A DNA stretch of 64,000 nucleotides from Verrucomicrobiota bacterium (GCA_038214755.1 JBBQRQ010000002.1:73398-137397), one strand, 5' to 3'. Shown: positions 50,522 through 61,244, numbered from the stretch's first letter. A program made the numbers and translations. The notes: a model not told the origin generated them from the sequence alone.

Positions 50522-51004
50522 ATGCGCACGGTCATTTACCCCGGCAGTTTCGATCCTCTCACCAATGGCCATCTCGATGTCATCCAGCGCGCCACCAAAC
50601 TTTTTGACAAGGTCATCGTGGCCGTCGCCAAAAACGAAAGCAAAAATCCGCTGTTCAATCTGCGCGAACGGCTTGCTCTGGTGAAAAAAGCCATCGCGGA
50701 ATTGCCACAGGTCGAAGCCGATTCATTCGACGGGTTGCTTGTGGATTATGTCGAAAGCCGTTCAGGTCAGGCGGTGGTTCGCGGGCTGCGCGCCGTGTCC
50801 GACTTTGAATTTGAATTTCAACTCGCGTTGATGAACCGTAAATTAAACGAGCGAGTGGAAACGATTTTCATGATGCCCAAAGACACCTACACTTTTCTCA
50901 GTTCGCGCATCGTGAAGGAAATTGCGCGATTGGGCGGTGATGTCAGTTCTTTCGTTCCCGCGCACGTGCAGGCCGCACTGAAAACAAAGTTGAGCAAGTC
51001 CTGA
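50522..51004 (+). CDS. coaD: Phosphopantetheine adenylyltransferase
   Basis: YPGSFDPLTNGH, RGLRAVSDFEFE. Confidence 0.97.
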   Translation: MRTVIYPGSFDPLTNGHLDVIQRATKLFDKVIVAVAKNESKNPLFNLRERLALVKKAIAELPQVEADSFDGLLVDYVESRSGQAVVRGLRAVSDFEFEFQLALMNRKLNERVETIFMMPKDTYTFLSSRIVKEIARLGGDVSSFVPAHVQAALKTKLSKS

Positions 51005-51044
51005 ACTGGCTTGTCAGAACTTCGGAATGCAAAAGGAGACCGTT

Positions 51045-51533
51045 ATGTCGCTACTCGTCAACCTTCGTCACCTCGAACATAAAGATGCCATTTTGAAAGG
51101 CGATTTGCCGGTGGAAGAATTAGAATTGAATGAAGTCGATGAATTAATCCATGCGAATTACCCGCTGCAATATGACCTGGAGATTCAGCGGCTCGACGGA
51201 AATTTATTAGCGCACGGCAAATTGCATTTGACGTTGGAATGCGAATGCGCCCGTTGCTTGAAACCTTTTCGCCGCGAATTGGACTTCAAAAATTGGGCCA
51301 TTCATCTGCCGCTGGAAGGCGAAGAAAAAGTGGAAGTGGTGGGAGATTGCGTGGACTTGACGCCTCATATTCGCGAAGATATTCTCCTGGCCTTTCCGCA
51401 ACATCCGTTGTGCGAAAATGAGTGCGGCGGACTGAAAAATCATCCTGTCACCTCCGGAAAAGAACCGAACGGGCTGGGTCAGAGTGAGGAACTCGCGTCA
51501 GCCTGGGCGGAATTAAATAAACTGAAATTATAA
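51045..51533 (+). CDS. yceD: YceD/DUF177 protein
   Basis: CARCL, LCENECGGL; upstream of rpmF. Confidence 0.88.
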   Translation: MSLLVNLRHLEHKDAILKGDLPVEELELNEVDELIHANYPLQYDLEIQRLDGNLLAHGKLHLTLECECARCLKPFRRELDFKNWAIHLPLEGEEKVEVVGDCVDLTPHIREDILLAFPQHPLCENECGGLKNHPVTSGKEPNGLGQSEELASAWAELNKLKL

Positions 51534-51537
51534 AATT

Positions 51538-51726
51538 ATGGGTGTTCCCAAACGTAAACCGTCTCGAAGCCGCCAGCGTATGCGCCGCGCCTACAACAGC
51601 GTCTTGAAATTGCCGCAACTGGGCGTCTGTCCACAATGCGCCGCGCCTACCCTCCCGCATCGGGTTTGTCCCGCCTGCGGATTTTACAAAGGCCGCCAGG
51701 TCAAGACCATCAAAGCAGCCGCTTAA
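51538..51726 (+). CDS. rpmF: 50S ribosomal protein L32
   Basis: MGVPKRKPSRSR...CPQC...HRVCPACGFYKG. Confidence 0.96.
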   Translation: MGVPKRKPSRSRQRMRRAYNSVLKLPQLGVCPQCAAPTLPHRVCPACGFYKGRQVKTIKAAA

Positions 51727-51776
51727 TTCGTTTTAGGGAGCGCGGACGGATTCGTTCCTTCTGCGCTCTTTTATTT

Positions 51777-52802
51777 ATGCGAATCGCAGTCGATGTCATG
51801 GGTGGCGATCACGGGTGCGGCGTCATCATCGATGGAGTCAAGCTTGCGTTGGCCTCCAATGCGAAAATCAGTGAATTGTTTCTCGTCGGCCAACAGGAGG
51901 AAATTCAAGCCGCGCTCGCCTCCAGCCAATTTCAGGATCACCGCCTGAAAATTGTGCATGCCACTCAGGTTCTCACGATGGAGGACAAACCGGTCGAAGG
52001 TCTCCGCCGCAAAAAAGATTGCTCCATTCTTCGCGGGGTCGAACTGGTCAAAGCAGGAAAAGCCGACGCCATTATTTCTCCAGGTAACACCGGCGGCTTA
52101 GTGGCTGCTTCCACCATTCGTTTGCGTCAGTTGCCGGGCGTGGATCGCCCCGCCATCGTCACGGTCATCCCCACCGCGAAAAATGAATTCGTTCTCCTGG
52201 ATTCAGGCGCAAGCATCGAGTGCCGGCCGCTGCATCTGTTGCATTTCGCCGTCATGGGCAGCGTTTATTCCCGCGAAATTCTTGGCCGTAAAAAACCGCG
52301 CGTCGGAATTTTGAGCAATGGCACCGAAGACAACAAAGGCAACGAACTCACGCTCGAAACTTTCAAGCTTTGCAAACAGATTGATTTAAATTTTATTGGG
52401 AACGTTGAGGGTCACGATCTTTTTCACGATCACGTTGATGTTGTCGTGTGTGACGGATTCATCGGCAACATTGTTTTGAAAACCATCGAGAGTTTTGCCA
52501 AAGGAATGAGCGCCTGGCTCAAAGACGAACTCACCAGAAATCCCAAACGAATGCTCGGCGCGGTGCTGGCGCAAAATGCACTGCGCACGATTAAAAAGCG
52601 CATGGACCCCGACGCGTATGGCGGCGCGCCTTTGCTCGGTCTCAATGGAATTGTTATGAAAGCCCACGGCTCCGCTCGCGAACGCGCCATCATGAATGCG
52701 ATTCGAATCACGAGCGAACAGATCCAGCACCAAATCAATCGTGTGATCGAAAATGAAATCGCCTTAGCCAACGCTCGGCTGGCTCCCGCGAAAGTAGCAT
52801 GA
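51777..52802 (+). CDS. plsX: Phosphate acyltransferase PlsX
   Basis: IAVDVMGGD, GNTGG, DGFIGN, KAHGS. Confidence 0.96.
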   Translation: MRIAVDVMGGDHGCGVIIDGVKLALASNAKISELFLVGQQEEIQAALASSQFQDHRLKIVHATQVLTMEDKPVEGLRRKKDCSILRGVELVKAGKADAIISPGNTGGLVAASTIRLRQLPGVDRPAIVTVIPTAKNEFVLLDSGASIECRPLHLLHFAVMGSVYSREILGRKKPRVGILSNGTEDNKGNELTLETFKLCKQIDLNFIGNVEGHDLFHDHVDVVVCDGFIGNIVLKTIESFAKGMSAWLKDELTRNPKRMLGAVLAQNALRTIKKRMDPDAYGGAPLLGLNGIVMKAHGSARERAIMNAIRITSEQIQHQINRVIENEIALANARLAPAKVA

Positions 52803-53830
52803 CTTCCGCAAAGAAATTTAAAAACCCGCGAGCCCTCCACAATTTTCAGGGGCGAACCTGTTCCATCACCGCGGTTGGGTCATATGTTCCGTCCCGCGTT
52901 TTGGCCAACGCCGAGTTGGAAAAAATGGTCGATACCACCGACGAATGGATCACCACCCGCACCGGAATAAAAGAGCGGCGCCTCGCCGCCGCCGACGAAT
53001 TTACTTCCGACCTCGCCGCCAAAGCCGCCCTTGCCGCGATGGAGCGCGCGAATGTTTCCGCCGAACAAATCGAATTGATCATCGTCGCGACGATCACCCC
53101 CGACATGCCGTTTCCTTCGGTGTCATGTCTCGTTCAGCAAAAAATTGGCGCGCGCCGGGCCGCCGCGTTTGACATCCAGGCCGCCTGTTCAGGATTTATT
53201 TTCGGCCTGGAAATCGGCCAGCAATTTATCATGTCCCGCACTTACGACACCGTTCTCGTCGTAGGCGCGGACAAACTTTCTTCTATCGTTGATTGGAAAG
53301 ATCGCAACACCTGCGTCCTTTTTGGAGACGGCGCAGGCGCCGCGATTTTGCAACATCGCCCCGACGCGCACGGGTTGCTCACCGTGTGCATGGGCTGCGA
53401 CGGCTCGAAGGCCGAACTTCTTTCCATGCCTGGCGGCGGCAGTCGTTGTCCCGCGACATTGGAATCGGTTGCGGCGGGGCGGCATTTCTTGCGGATGGAT
53501 GGCAAAGAAACTTTCAAGAGCGCGGTCAACGCCATGTACACCGCCGCGCAGGAAGCGTTGCGCCGCTGTGAAATTGATATTTCGCAAATTAAATGCGTCA
53601 TCCCGCATCAAGCCAATCGCCGCATCATCGATGCCGTGGGCGAGCGGCTGGGCGCAACACCGGAACAAGTTTTTGTGAACGTGGAAAAATATGGAAACAC
53701 CTCCGCCGCTTCGGTCGCAATCGCGTTGGATGAAGCGGTCGCGGCGGGGAAAATTCATCGGGGCGACCTTGTCCTGCTTGTAGTGTTTGGCGCTGGTCTC
53801 ACGTGGGGGGCAGCCGTAATCGAGTGGTAA
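52799..53830 (+). CDS. fabH: 3-oxoacyl-ACP synthase III
   Basis: AACSGF, PHQANRRI, GNTSAAS. Confidence 0.96.
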   Translation: MTSAKKFKNPRALHNFQGRTCSITAVGSYVPSRVLANAELEKMVDTTDEWITTRTGIKERRLAAADEFTSDLAAKAALAAMERANVSAEQIELIIVATITPDMPFPSVSCLVQQKIGARRAAAFDIQAACSGFIFGLEIGQQFIMSRTYDTVLVVGADKLSSIVDWKDRNTCVLFGDGAGAAILQHRPDAHGLLTVCMGCDGSKAELLSMPGGGSRCPATLESVAAGRHFLRMDGKETFKSAVNAMYTAAQEALRRCEIDISQIKCVIPHQANRRIIDAVGERLGATPEQVFVNVEKYGNTSAASVAIALDEAVAAGKIHRGDLVLLVVFGAGLTWGAAVIEW

Positions 53831-53874
53831 AAAAATTGGACGGCTCTTTAATCGGTGCTAAGGTTGGATTAAAT

Positions 53875-54177
53875 ATGAGCGCAAAAAAGATCAACACCTC
53901 TCACTCACACCAAACCCATCCCCACACCCGTCTTACTGTTTCCTCGGACGCGGTTCGAATTTTAAAAAGCGGCATTGAATTCCGCGTCGCGGATGCGGTT
54001 CCCATCTGGAGCGAAATGTCGATTGACTTGGAATACCCGGATTCCAAAAAAGTGCATTGCACAGGAGTCGTCGTTTCCTGCGACGGAAACCGCCACGCCG
54101 GATACGTCGTTTCTTTTTTGTTCACAAAACTTTCCCGCCAATCCGAAGCACTTCTCAGTGCGCTGGCCTACACCTAG
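53875..54177 (+). CDS. PilZ-like small protein
   Basis: GIEF...VHCTGVVVSC...YVVSFLF beta-barrel pattern. Confidence 0.55.
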   Translation: MSAKKINTSHSHQTHPHTRLTVSSDAVRILKSGIEFRVADAVPIWSEMSIDLEYPDSKKVHCTGVVVSCDGNRHAGYVVSFLFTKLSRQSEALLSALAYT

Positions 54178-54184
54178 TACATTG

Positions 54185-54400
54185 ACATTTAAAACGCCGA
54201 ACGATGCCGCCGGATTGAAACTGCTGTCGCCGCTGCCGTCGGCGTTGAGCCGGGCGATACCGGGGCGCGCGAGGCCTTTGACCGTGGTAAACGCTCCGGC
54301 AATGATCACCTTGCCATCCGGTTGCAGCACGACGGCGTTCACCGTGCCGCTGACGCCAGAGCCGGGATCAAAGGAGAGGCCCACCTCCCCAGACGCGCCG
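54185..54400 (-). pseudogene. Fragment of a delta-60 repeat (LQPDGK) beta-propeller gene
   Basis: SFDPGSGVSGTVNAVVLQPDGKVIIAGAFTTV...IARLNADGS; single repeat only. Confidence 0.7.
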
Positions 54401-54558
54401 CGCGAGTGAAAACAGAGTGCTGAGTTGCAGCAGGAGGCTGCCCGCGAGAATGAGTGTTCGGATCAGGTTTAGGTTTTTTCATAAAATCATGTTCAGCGTG
54501 TTCCACCCCGACATGAGCCAAAACCCGGCAAAAAGGCTCACCCAATTTTTCTTTTCGC

Positions 54559-54703
54559 GGGGAGCACACGCGCCCGCGTGTTCCGACCCGCGCCCTCGCG
54601 GGTCGGATTGAGGCGCTCGTAATTTAAGAGCGCTTGGAAATGTCACGCGCTCGTGTGTTCCGCGAGGGCGCGGAACACTGCCCGCGAGGCGCGTGCGCTC
54701 CCC
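54559..54703. repeat. GGGAGC-type REP doublet
   Basis: GGGGAGCACACGCGCC...GGCGCGTGCGCTCCCC. Confidence 0.7.
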
Positions 54704-54818
54704 TGAAAAATTTTCGCTGCGTCTCATTTTCTTTTCGTGTGGTGAGCCTATTTGCGCTCGAACGGCTCGGCCCGACTTTTGTCTTTGCCGCGCCGGGCAA
54801 AGCGGATAGATTCAACCC

Positions 54819-55049
54819 ATGCCAGTCACATTGGAAGATCGGGTCAGCACCTTGGAGGAGCGCCTCGAAGCATTGGCCAGCCTGCTGCGAAGCGCGCGCC
54901 CGGCGGCCCTCGACTGGCGCTCCACCTTCGGGTTGTCCAAAGACGACCCCGGCTTCGAGGAAACAAACCGTCTGGGGCGCGATTACCGCACCGGCACCGA
55001 CCAGAGCGCCCATGGTCGTTCTGGATACCGATCATTTGTCGGAACTTGA
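54819..55049 (+). CDS. Putative antitoxin
   Basis: TLEDRVSTLE...DWRSTFG..KDDPGFEE; overlaps PIN gene. Confidence 0.65.
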   Translation: MPVTLEDRVSTLEERLEALASLLRSARPAALDWRSTFGLSKDDPGFEETNRLGRDYRTGTDQSAHGRSGYRSFVGT

Positions 55050-55434
55050 TCGCGGCTCACCTGCCGGAGCCAGACTGCAAGCGCGTCTTCTGGAGCGGCG
55101 TCAAGAACCGGCCGCGACCATTATTTCCGCCGAAGAACAATTCCGCGGATGGCTGGCGCAGATTCATCAAGAGGCTGACCCGCATCGGCAGATAGCCGCC
55201 CACGCGCGCTTGCAGCGGCGGATTGAATTCTACGCGGCGTGGACAGTCCTGCCGTGGGACGCCGCTGCCGCTGACATTTTCGCCCGGTTGCGCGCGCAGC
55301 GTCTGCGCGTTGGCACCATGGATTTGAAAATTGGCAGCATCGCGCTCGCTCATGGCGGCACGGTGTTATCCGGCAACCGGCAAGACTTTCAAAGAATTCC
55401 AGACCTGCGGGTTGAGGATTGGTTGCGAGAATGA
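55012..55434 (+). CDS. VapC/PIN toxin
   Basis: VLDTDHLS, EEQFRGW, MDLKIGSIAL, NRQDF. Confidence 0.85.
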   Translation: MVVLDTDHLSELDRGSPAGARLQARLLERRQEPAATIISAEEQFRGWLAQIHQEADPHRQIAAHARLQRRIEFYAAWTVLPWDAAAADIFARLRAQRLRVGTMDLKIGSIALAHGGTVLSGNRQDFQRIPDLRVEDWLRE

Positions 55435-55772
55435 TCCGCCATCGTCCACGCGGCTGCCATCGTGCGTGATTTGAATTTCAAATATTTGCAAGAAGGCAAA
55501 GGCGCGCCCGTCACCGCGCGATTTGGCAAAGATGGAATTACCATCCTCGATCCGAATCGCGCCGGTGAAACGTCTGACAAGGTGTTTCAAAACATTTATG
55601 CAAGGCCAATTTGAGGGCGTTCGATCCGCAATTGGAATGGAAAGCGCAGGCAGGGCTGACACATTTAATTTCTGCGGGACTCAACGTTGTAGCGGGACAA
55701 TTGTTTGGAGGAGAGAACCGTGAAGACGCGGCGCGTGTCAGCAGACCGCCTCGATCGCGTTCACGCCATTGG

Positions 55773-56918
55773 TTATCTCACCCCGCCAGCACGCAACTCC
55801 TCGATCGAATAAAACGTGTCGCGCCAGCGGACGCCGCCCTGACGCAGTGTCACGAAAGTCGAGTTGAGCAAGGCATACAGGAACACGGGTATCATGAACG
55901 GCACGCCCAGAGCGCAATGCCAGGACCAGCCCAGCCGCCGCGCCAGGATTCCTGCCGGCAGAATCAGCGAAAGCGGCGACAGTACGGCCGCGAAACCCAC
56001 CGCAGTCCCCATCACCAGCCCAACGACCAGAGTACAGAGAACGAGAGTCATGGCCACGCTGCCCATGAGCACCAACCAAAGCCTGAAGTCCAGCACCGCA
56101 AAATAATTCTTCTCCATCACCCGGATCATGTCCCGCAGCGTCGTGCCCCAATGACACTCGATGTCGTTCGCGCCGAGAAAGCCACGCGTCCTTTTGCCGG
56201 CGCGACACAGGAGCAGGCCGAGCTTGATGTCATCCACCACCGTCAAGCGCAACGCTTCATAGCCGCCGCACTGGCGGTAGGCGGAGGCACGCACCAGATT
56301 GAAGGCGCCGATCCCGAGATACGCCTTGGGCCGGTTGCGATTCACGCCGGCGATCCAGCTTAGAAAGCTCGTCAGGAACAGGAGATACCACGCCCGGACG
56401 CCAAAGCTCTCCAGCACGATTCCCGGAGTAAGCGTTATGTGATCAACTCCATCACGTCGCGCCACCTGTAACGCGCGCGCGATCACATCGGGCTTCAACC
56501 AGCAATCGGCATCCGTGAAAAGAATCCAGTCGCCCGTGGCCGCGCTGGCGCCGACATGACAAGCGTGACACTTTCCCAGCCAACCCTCCGGCAGGGTCTC
56601 CACCCGAATGACTCGCACGCGCGGGTCTTCCGTCGCGAGACGAGTGAGGATGGCACCCGTTCGATCTGACGAGCGGTCATCCACCGCGATGATTTCCACT
56701 GACACGCCCGACTGGTTAAGCAAATGGCGAATCGTGTTCTCAACGCGGTCTTCCTCGTTGCGCGCCGCCAAGACCACTGAACACCGGACCCGCCCTTCAT
56801 CGGGAGAAGCGGGCAACTCCCCGAGCGCAGGCAATCGGCGCGCCCATCGCAAATGAATGAGCGCAGCGATGCTCATGGCGAGAAACAATGCGGTCACACC
56901 GCCAAACAGAAAATTCAT
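55773..56918 (-). CDS. GT2 glycosyltransferase (HpnB/CrtQ-like)
   Basis: ARNEE, DDRSSD, GWLGK, FTDAD, VDD. Confidence 0.85.
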   Translation of the reverse strand: MNFLFGGVTALFLAMSIAALIHLRWARRLPALGELPASPDEGRVRCSVVLAARNEEDRVENTIRHLLNQSGVSVEIIAVDDRSSDRTGAILTRLATEDPRVRVIRVETLPEGWLGKCHACHVGASAATGDWILFTDADCWLKPDVIARALQVARRDGVDHITLTPGIVLESFGVRAWYLLFLTSFLSWIAGVNRNRPKAYLGIGAFNLVRASAYRQCGGYEALRLTVVDDIKLGLLLCRAGKRTRGFLGANDIECHWGTTLRDMIRVMEKNYFAVLDFRLWLVLMGSVAMTLVLCTLVVGLVMGTAVGFAAVLSPLSLILPAGILARRLGWSWHCALGVPFMIPVFLYALLNSTFVTLRQGGVRWRDTFYSIEELRAGGVR

Positions 56919-57772
56919 GTACTGTCGCCGATGTCGGCGCCTACTCCGTCCTCTTGAGAAGCTAGACTTCGATAATCTTCACTTTCGTTAAGAGAGCCAA
57001 TCAGATACGTGAGGTAGCCGGGAGTTGATACAATCGGCACTCGACCTGAACGCCAGGAATACGTCCTGGCCCCGGTAGCCTCGGCCAAGCGTTGAAGCTC
57101 CGGCGCCGAATATGCGCGCAACTGCGACACGACTCCGTCCCACCAACAGGTCAGCGGGACCAGCGGAAACACGTATGTCCAGAGCAAACGCCGCCAGCAT
57201 AACGGCCGGATGAACGGCGTCGCTGCCGCAACCAGAATGGGCGTCAGCAAGAGTAACGGCAGCAGTGTGCGCAAGCTGCGATCTGGGATTTCAAAAATGC
57301 CAATTGCCTGCCGTGCGTCCACAGCATCACGCAGCACTGCGAGCGCGTCGCTCGGCGCAAAGTGATGGAACGAGTTAAACATGGTGCGAAATCCATGCAG
57401 TTCAGGGGGGACCGCTCGCGCATCCACTGGTTCGGAGTGAAAGGAAATCTGTCCATTCGATTCATCTCCCGCCCGTTGGAACGCCGGCATGTTCGGGAAT
57501 CGATCCGTGAGAGTGACATGCGGCTTCATTCCGTCCGCTGCGAGTGCATGGAGAAGCGCGGGTATCGGGCCGCCTCCGCCGGAGCATAGGTCAACGACGT
57601 GCGTGGTCCTGCTGAGTCGCAACGCTTCGGCTACCAGCGGCACCGCAGGCCGGTGCAGCGCAAACCGCGCCTCCAGGAAGTGCAGGTAATCCGTGGCCAG
57701 ATCGCGAATCGTCGCGGGGAACCACGACTGATCCTCCAATTCAAATAAATGCAGTCTCGGCAGCATCTTCAT
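56915..57772 (-). CDS. Class I SAM-dependent methyltransferase-like protein
   Basis: VVDLCSGGGGP, NSFHHF. Confidence 0.75.
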   Translation of the reverse strand: MKMLPRLHLFELEDQSWFPATIRDLATDYLHFLEARFALHRPAVPLVAEALRLSRTTHVVDLCSGGGGPIPALLHALAADGMKPHVTLTDRFPNMPAFQRAGDESNGQISFHSEPVDARAVPPELHGFRTMFNSFHHFAPSDALAVLRDAVDARQAIGIFEIPDRSLRTLLPLLLLTPILVAAATPFIRPLCWRRLLWTYVFPLVPLTCWWDGVVSQLRAYSAPELQRLAEATGARTYSWRSGRVPIVSTPGYLTYLIGSLNESEDYRSLASQEDGVGADIGDST

Positions 57773-58073
57773 GCGAACATAGGTCCCTTGATTTGCCATT
57801 CGTGGCATCTTCCCCGAACGATTGGATGCGGCCGATCACTTTCCCAGTTTGTCGAAGTCACCAAGCCGCCGTAATTCATCAGCGGCGTTGGCGTCGCCCT
57901 GTTCGATGCCCCAGAATTTGCGTGACGTCGCTCATGCTGGACTCATCCCAAGTTTATCTTTGGAAGCTTGAAAACCAACGGCAAAATGTGCGGTTAACTT
58001 TTTACGACGAGCCGATTTAACCGGCAAATGCACGAAGACATTCGCATTGGGTTAATGAGTTGGGTCTGCCAAT

Positions 58074-61000
58074 TTAATTTTTCTCCGCTCCAAGCCGGTT
58101 GATCGTGTTGAAAATTTCGCCGCGAATCGTTTTTCCATCAGCCGCGTTTACGTTGTATTGAATCTGCATCTGCATGACCGGTTGAAGATTTGGAATTTCC
58201 AAAAAAACGGTGCGACCGCCCGCCAGCAATTTCGCTGATTTCACATCCATCGCATCGTGGCCGACTTCTTCCGGCGAACTGACGGAATATTCCTTTGAGC
58301 CGTAATCTTTCGAGTAGCGATAATTCCATTGTTCAATGCCGTAGCTGCCGGGGTCTTCCGCCGTTTCTTTTTCCAGAGGATCGCTGAAGGTGAGTCGAAT
58401 TCCGTTCTGTTGAACTTTTAATTGCAGAGGAAGGTTTACATTTTTTCCGGTGTAGCGAACGCGTTGAAAACTGCCGTCGCGAATTGCGCTCGTTTGCCAG
58501 CCGGTCGAGCCGACCACATAAAGTTGTCCGTCCTGTTTGCGAAACGTTCCGCGCATCGCGCCGGAGAGAAAACGAGGTTTCATTTGCACAACGCCTCCTT
58601 GCGCGCACCCATCCACGACTTCGCGCAAGACGAGCATCATCGAGCAACGACCGAAGGAGAGGTTGAGCATTTGTCCTGCAAGCGGCCCCCATTTATCACT
58701 CGTGACCCAGAGTTGGCTGCCGGTGGAATTATCCATGATGTGAGGAATCCAGCAGAGCGGCGCGTCGTAACCCAGCGGTCGTGCCGAAGTGATTTGCGGC
58801 CCGCCGAAACCGTAAAAGCCGGACGGCTTCACTTCGAAAATCGCGGAGGTCGGCGTCCAGTTTCCCTCTTGCGGCGCGACGGTGATGACGCCTTCAGGAC
58901 TGACCGACATTCCATTTGGATTGCGCCAGCCGGTGGCAATTGTTTCCTGTTTCCGACCGTCTGGCGAAACGCGATGCACGCCCGCCGGATCAACGTAATA
59001 AAAATTTTTCTGCCTGTCTGTTTCGAGACAGGTCACGTAATCATGACCGCCTTCGGATGTTTGAATTCCATTATAAAAGTTTTCGTAGAATTCAGCTTCT
59101 CCGTCGTGATCACGGTCGTGCAAAACTGTAATTTGATCGCGACCCAGGACGTGGACCTCGCCATTTACAATTTTTAAACCGAGCGGTTGAAAGAGGCCGG
59201 TGGCAAAACGTTTCCATTTTATATTTTGCAATTTGTCGTCGATTCCGCTGACGACCCAGACGTCACCGTGAATGGAACAAACGGCGGCGTCTCCGTTGGG
59301 AAAAAAATCGACGCCCGAAAGAAACATCAAGGCTCGGTAAGGATTTTCGTAGGGGACGGTGATGGTATCGACCACGTAAGGTTCGGTCGCACTTGAAGAA
59401 ACTTCTCCTTTCGTGGTAATGATTTCTTTCCAACGCGGTTCACCGGGTTTTGTTAGCTTCTGTAAATTTTCCGGCGAGGAACTTTTCTTCAAGAGCCTGA
59501 CAAATTTCGGAAAGTCGGCGGGGGTGCCCGTCCAAATGAATAATTTGCACGAGCGCGTTTTTCTTGCCGATTGGAATTTAAGAACGAGACGACCGTTGTC
59601 CGCGAAATTTAGTTGTGCGCCCGCATTTCCGACGACCGCAGCAGCCAATAATTTTCCATCTTTTTTGAGAACACCGATTTCATAGCCATCAATATTTTTT
59701 TGCTCGGCGTGCGCGCCTTTTACTTCCAGAACATACAAACTGTTGGGGCCAAGGTAGGGCGCGTCACTCCGTGCGCGCCGAAGCTCGTTGGTTTGATCGG
59801 TTTCGGCGCGCACGGAGTGACGCGCCCTACCTTTAGTTTCAATTTGAAATGTCCGAGTGAACGCTGACGTTTCTTCCCCCGACTCGAACCACGGCGATTC
59901 GAGAATTGAAATTCCATTCAGTTCGTAGGAAAGCACGACGCGTTTGTCGTTGAGATACAATCCTCGATATTGCGGCTTCGCGTCCCAGCCGCTTTCGCCG
60001 GAGACCGCAAACTGAAATTCGCCCGCCATGGTCGGGCTTTTAATTAATCCATAACGGGCCGGATCGAATTGGAGAAACTTTCCCGTCCATGCCGCGCGAA
60101 GATTGGCGGATGCGGTGTCGTAACAAACTGCGCCTTCATCATGTTCACCGATTTTAATGGAAAGACCTTTTAGCACCGTGCCATTTGGCGTCGGTAAAAG
60201 TGAGCTGAAGAATTGCCCGCTATCAGTCTGGTTCCAGCGATTGTCTTTCCATGCTTCTTCTTTTGCGACTTTACCGCTGTCCTTTTCCAAATTGGGCGGC
60301 CGAATTTTTTTATTGGAATTGAGAGGAGGAATTTTCGCCGGAGAAACTGGCGTGGGATTGATGATAGCTTTAATTTTTTGTGAAGCCGGTGATTGAAAAT
60401 TTCCTAGAGACGAATCGATTCCGTTACGCGGCACATCTATTTTCGCCGTCCAGGCGATTGCATTCAGAACAAGTTTCCGACAATCTGGAATCCACCAGTT
60501 CGTGTAGAAATGTCCGCCGGTAAATCCAAACCCGCGTCCCCCGCCCTCGCGCTCAACCGCCCAGGCCACCACATTTTCTTTGGAATCGCCGACGGTGTCT
60601 TTCAGCAGAATCGGCGTGAGACGCGGATCCTTTTCGCGAAAGCGAATGTTGAAATAGAATTCCTCGGTTAAATCAAACGGCTTCAAACCGAAACCAACTT
60701 GATGGGTGGTGGCGACAGGTGTTGCCGTCCAAGTGTGATTCTCAATTTTTGAAAACCATTTTTTAGTCGGGCCGCCCGTTCCCGTTTCATAATCAAAATA
60801 GCCACCGACCCATTCCGTAATTTTATCGTGCGCCCGGCTCGGATGAAACGTGCTCCAATGATGCAGCACCAGGCCGCAGCCACGTTTCATTTGTTTTTCG
60901 AGTTGAGAAAAATGGTCGCCGACATACAGCGGGTGATCCGTTTCCTTGCGATCCGAACCGCCTGAGGTGATAAAAATTGTATCGGCATCATCGAGCGCCG

Positions 61001-61244
61001 CCGCGTTTTCCGGCCAGCCGTTGAAATAAATTTCCGCTTTTGCGCCGCCAAAATCTGGCGAACTTTGGATGCAATGTTTCAGCAGACGAACATTGTTTTC
61101 ATATTCGTGCGTGCCGAGTGGATGGTCATCCTGTGGCCCGGCGATCAACACAATTTTCTTTGGCGCAGCAAAAGCAATCGCGCAGCTCAGAAAGGAAATG
61201 AGAACCGCGTAATTTATAAGTTGTTTGGAAAAGCGGGTATTCAC
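58074..61244 (-). CDS. ThuA-like + DUF6797-like + beta-propeller secreted protein
   Basis: IAGPQDDHPLGTHEY, FTGGH, WKRFATGLFQPLG, GWRNPNG, PQEGNW. Confidence 0.7.
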   Translation of the reverse strand: MNTRFSKQLINYAVLISFLSCAIAFAAPKKIVLIAGPQDDHPLGTHEYENNVRLLKHCIQSSPDFGGAKAEIYFNGWPENAAALDDADTIFITSGGSDRKETDHPLYVGDHFSQLEKQMKRGCGLVLHHWSTFHPSRAHDKITEWVGGYFDYETGTGGPTKKWFSKIENHTWTATPVATTHQVGFGLKPFDLTEEFYFNIRFREKDPRLTPILLKDTVGDSKENVVAWAVEREGGGRGFGFTGGHFYTNWWIPDCRKLVLNAIAWTAKIDVPRNGIDSSLGNFQSPASQKIKAIINPTPVSPAKIPPLNSNKKIRPPNLEKDSGKVAKEEAWKDNRWNQTDSGQFFSSLLPTPNGTVLKGLSIKIGEHDEGAVCYDTASANLRAAWTGKFLQFDPARYGLIKSPTMAGEFQFAVSGESGWDAKPQYRGLYLNDKRVVLSYELNGISILESPWFESGEETSAFTRTFQIETKGRARHSVRAETDQTNELRRARSDAPYLGPNSLYVLEVKGAHAEQKNIDGYEIGVLKKDGKLLAAAVVGNAGAQLNFADNGRLVLKFQSARKTRSCKLFIWTGTPADFPKFVRLLKKSSSPENLQKLTKPGEPRWKEIITTKGEVSSSATEPYVVDTITVPYENPYRALMFLSGVDFFPNGDAAVCSIHGDVWVVSGIDDKLQNIKWKRFATGLFQPLGLKIVNGEVHVLGRDQITVLHDRDHDGEAEFYENFYNGIQTSEGGHDYVTCLETDRQKNFYYVDPAGVHRVSPDGRKQETIATGWRNPNGMSVSPEGVITVAPQEGNWTPTSAIFEVKPSGFYGFGGPQITSARPLGYDAPLCWIPHIMDNSTGSQLWVTSDKWGPLAGQMLNLSFGRCSMMLVLREVVDGCAQGGVVQMKPRFLSGAMRGTFRKQDGQLYVVGSTGWQTSAIRDGSFQRVRYTGKNVNLPLQLKVQQNGIRLTFSDPLEKETAEDPGSYGIEQWNYRYSKDYGSKEYSVSSPEEVGHDAMDVKSAKLLAGGRTVFLEIPNLQPVMQMQIQYNVNAADGKTIRGEIFNTINRLGAEKN
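59751..59833. repeat. GTAG-type REP doublet inside a CDS, in frame
   Basis: Perfect 32-bp arms AAGGTAGGGCGCGTCACTCCGTGCGCGCCGAA, 19-nt loop. Confidence 0.85.
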
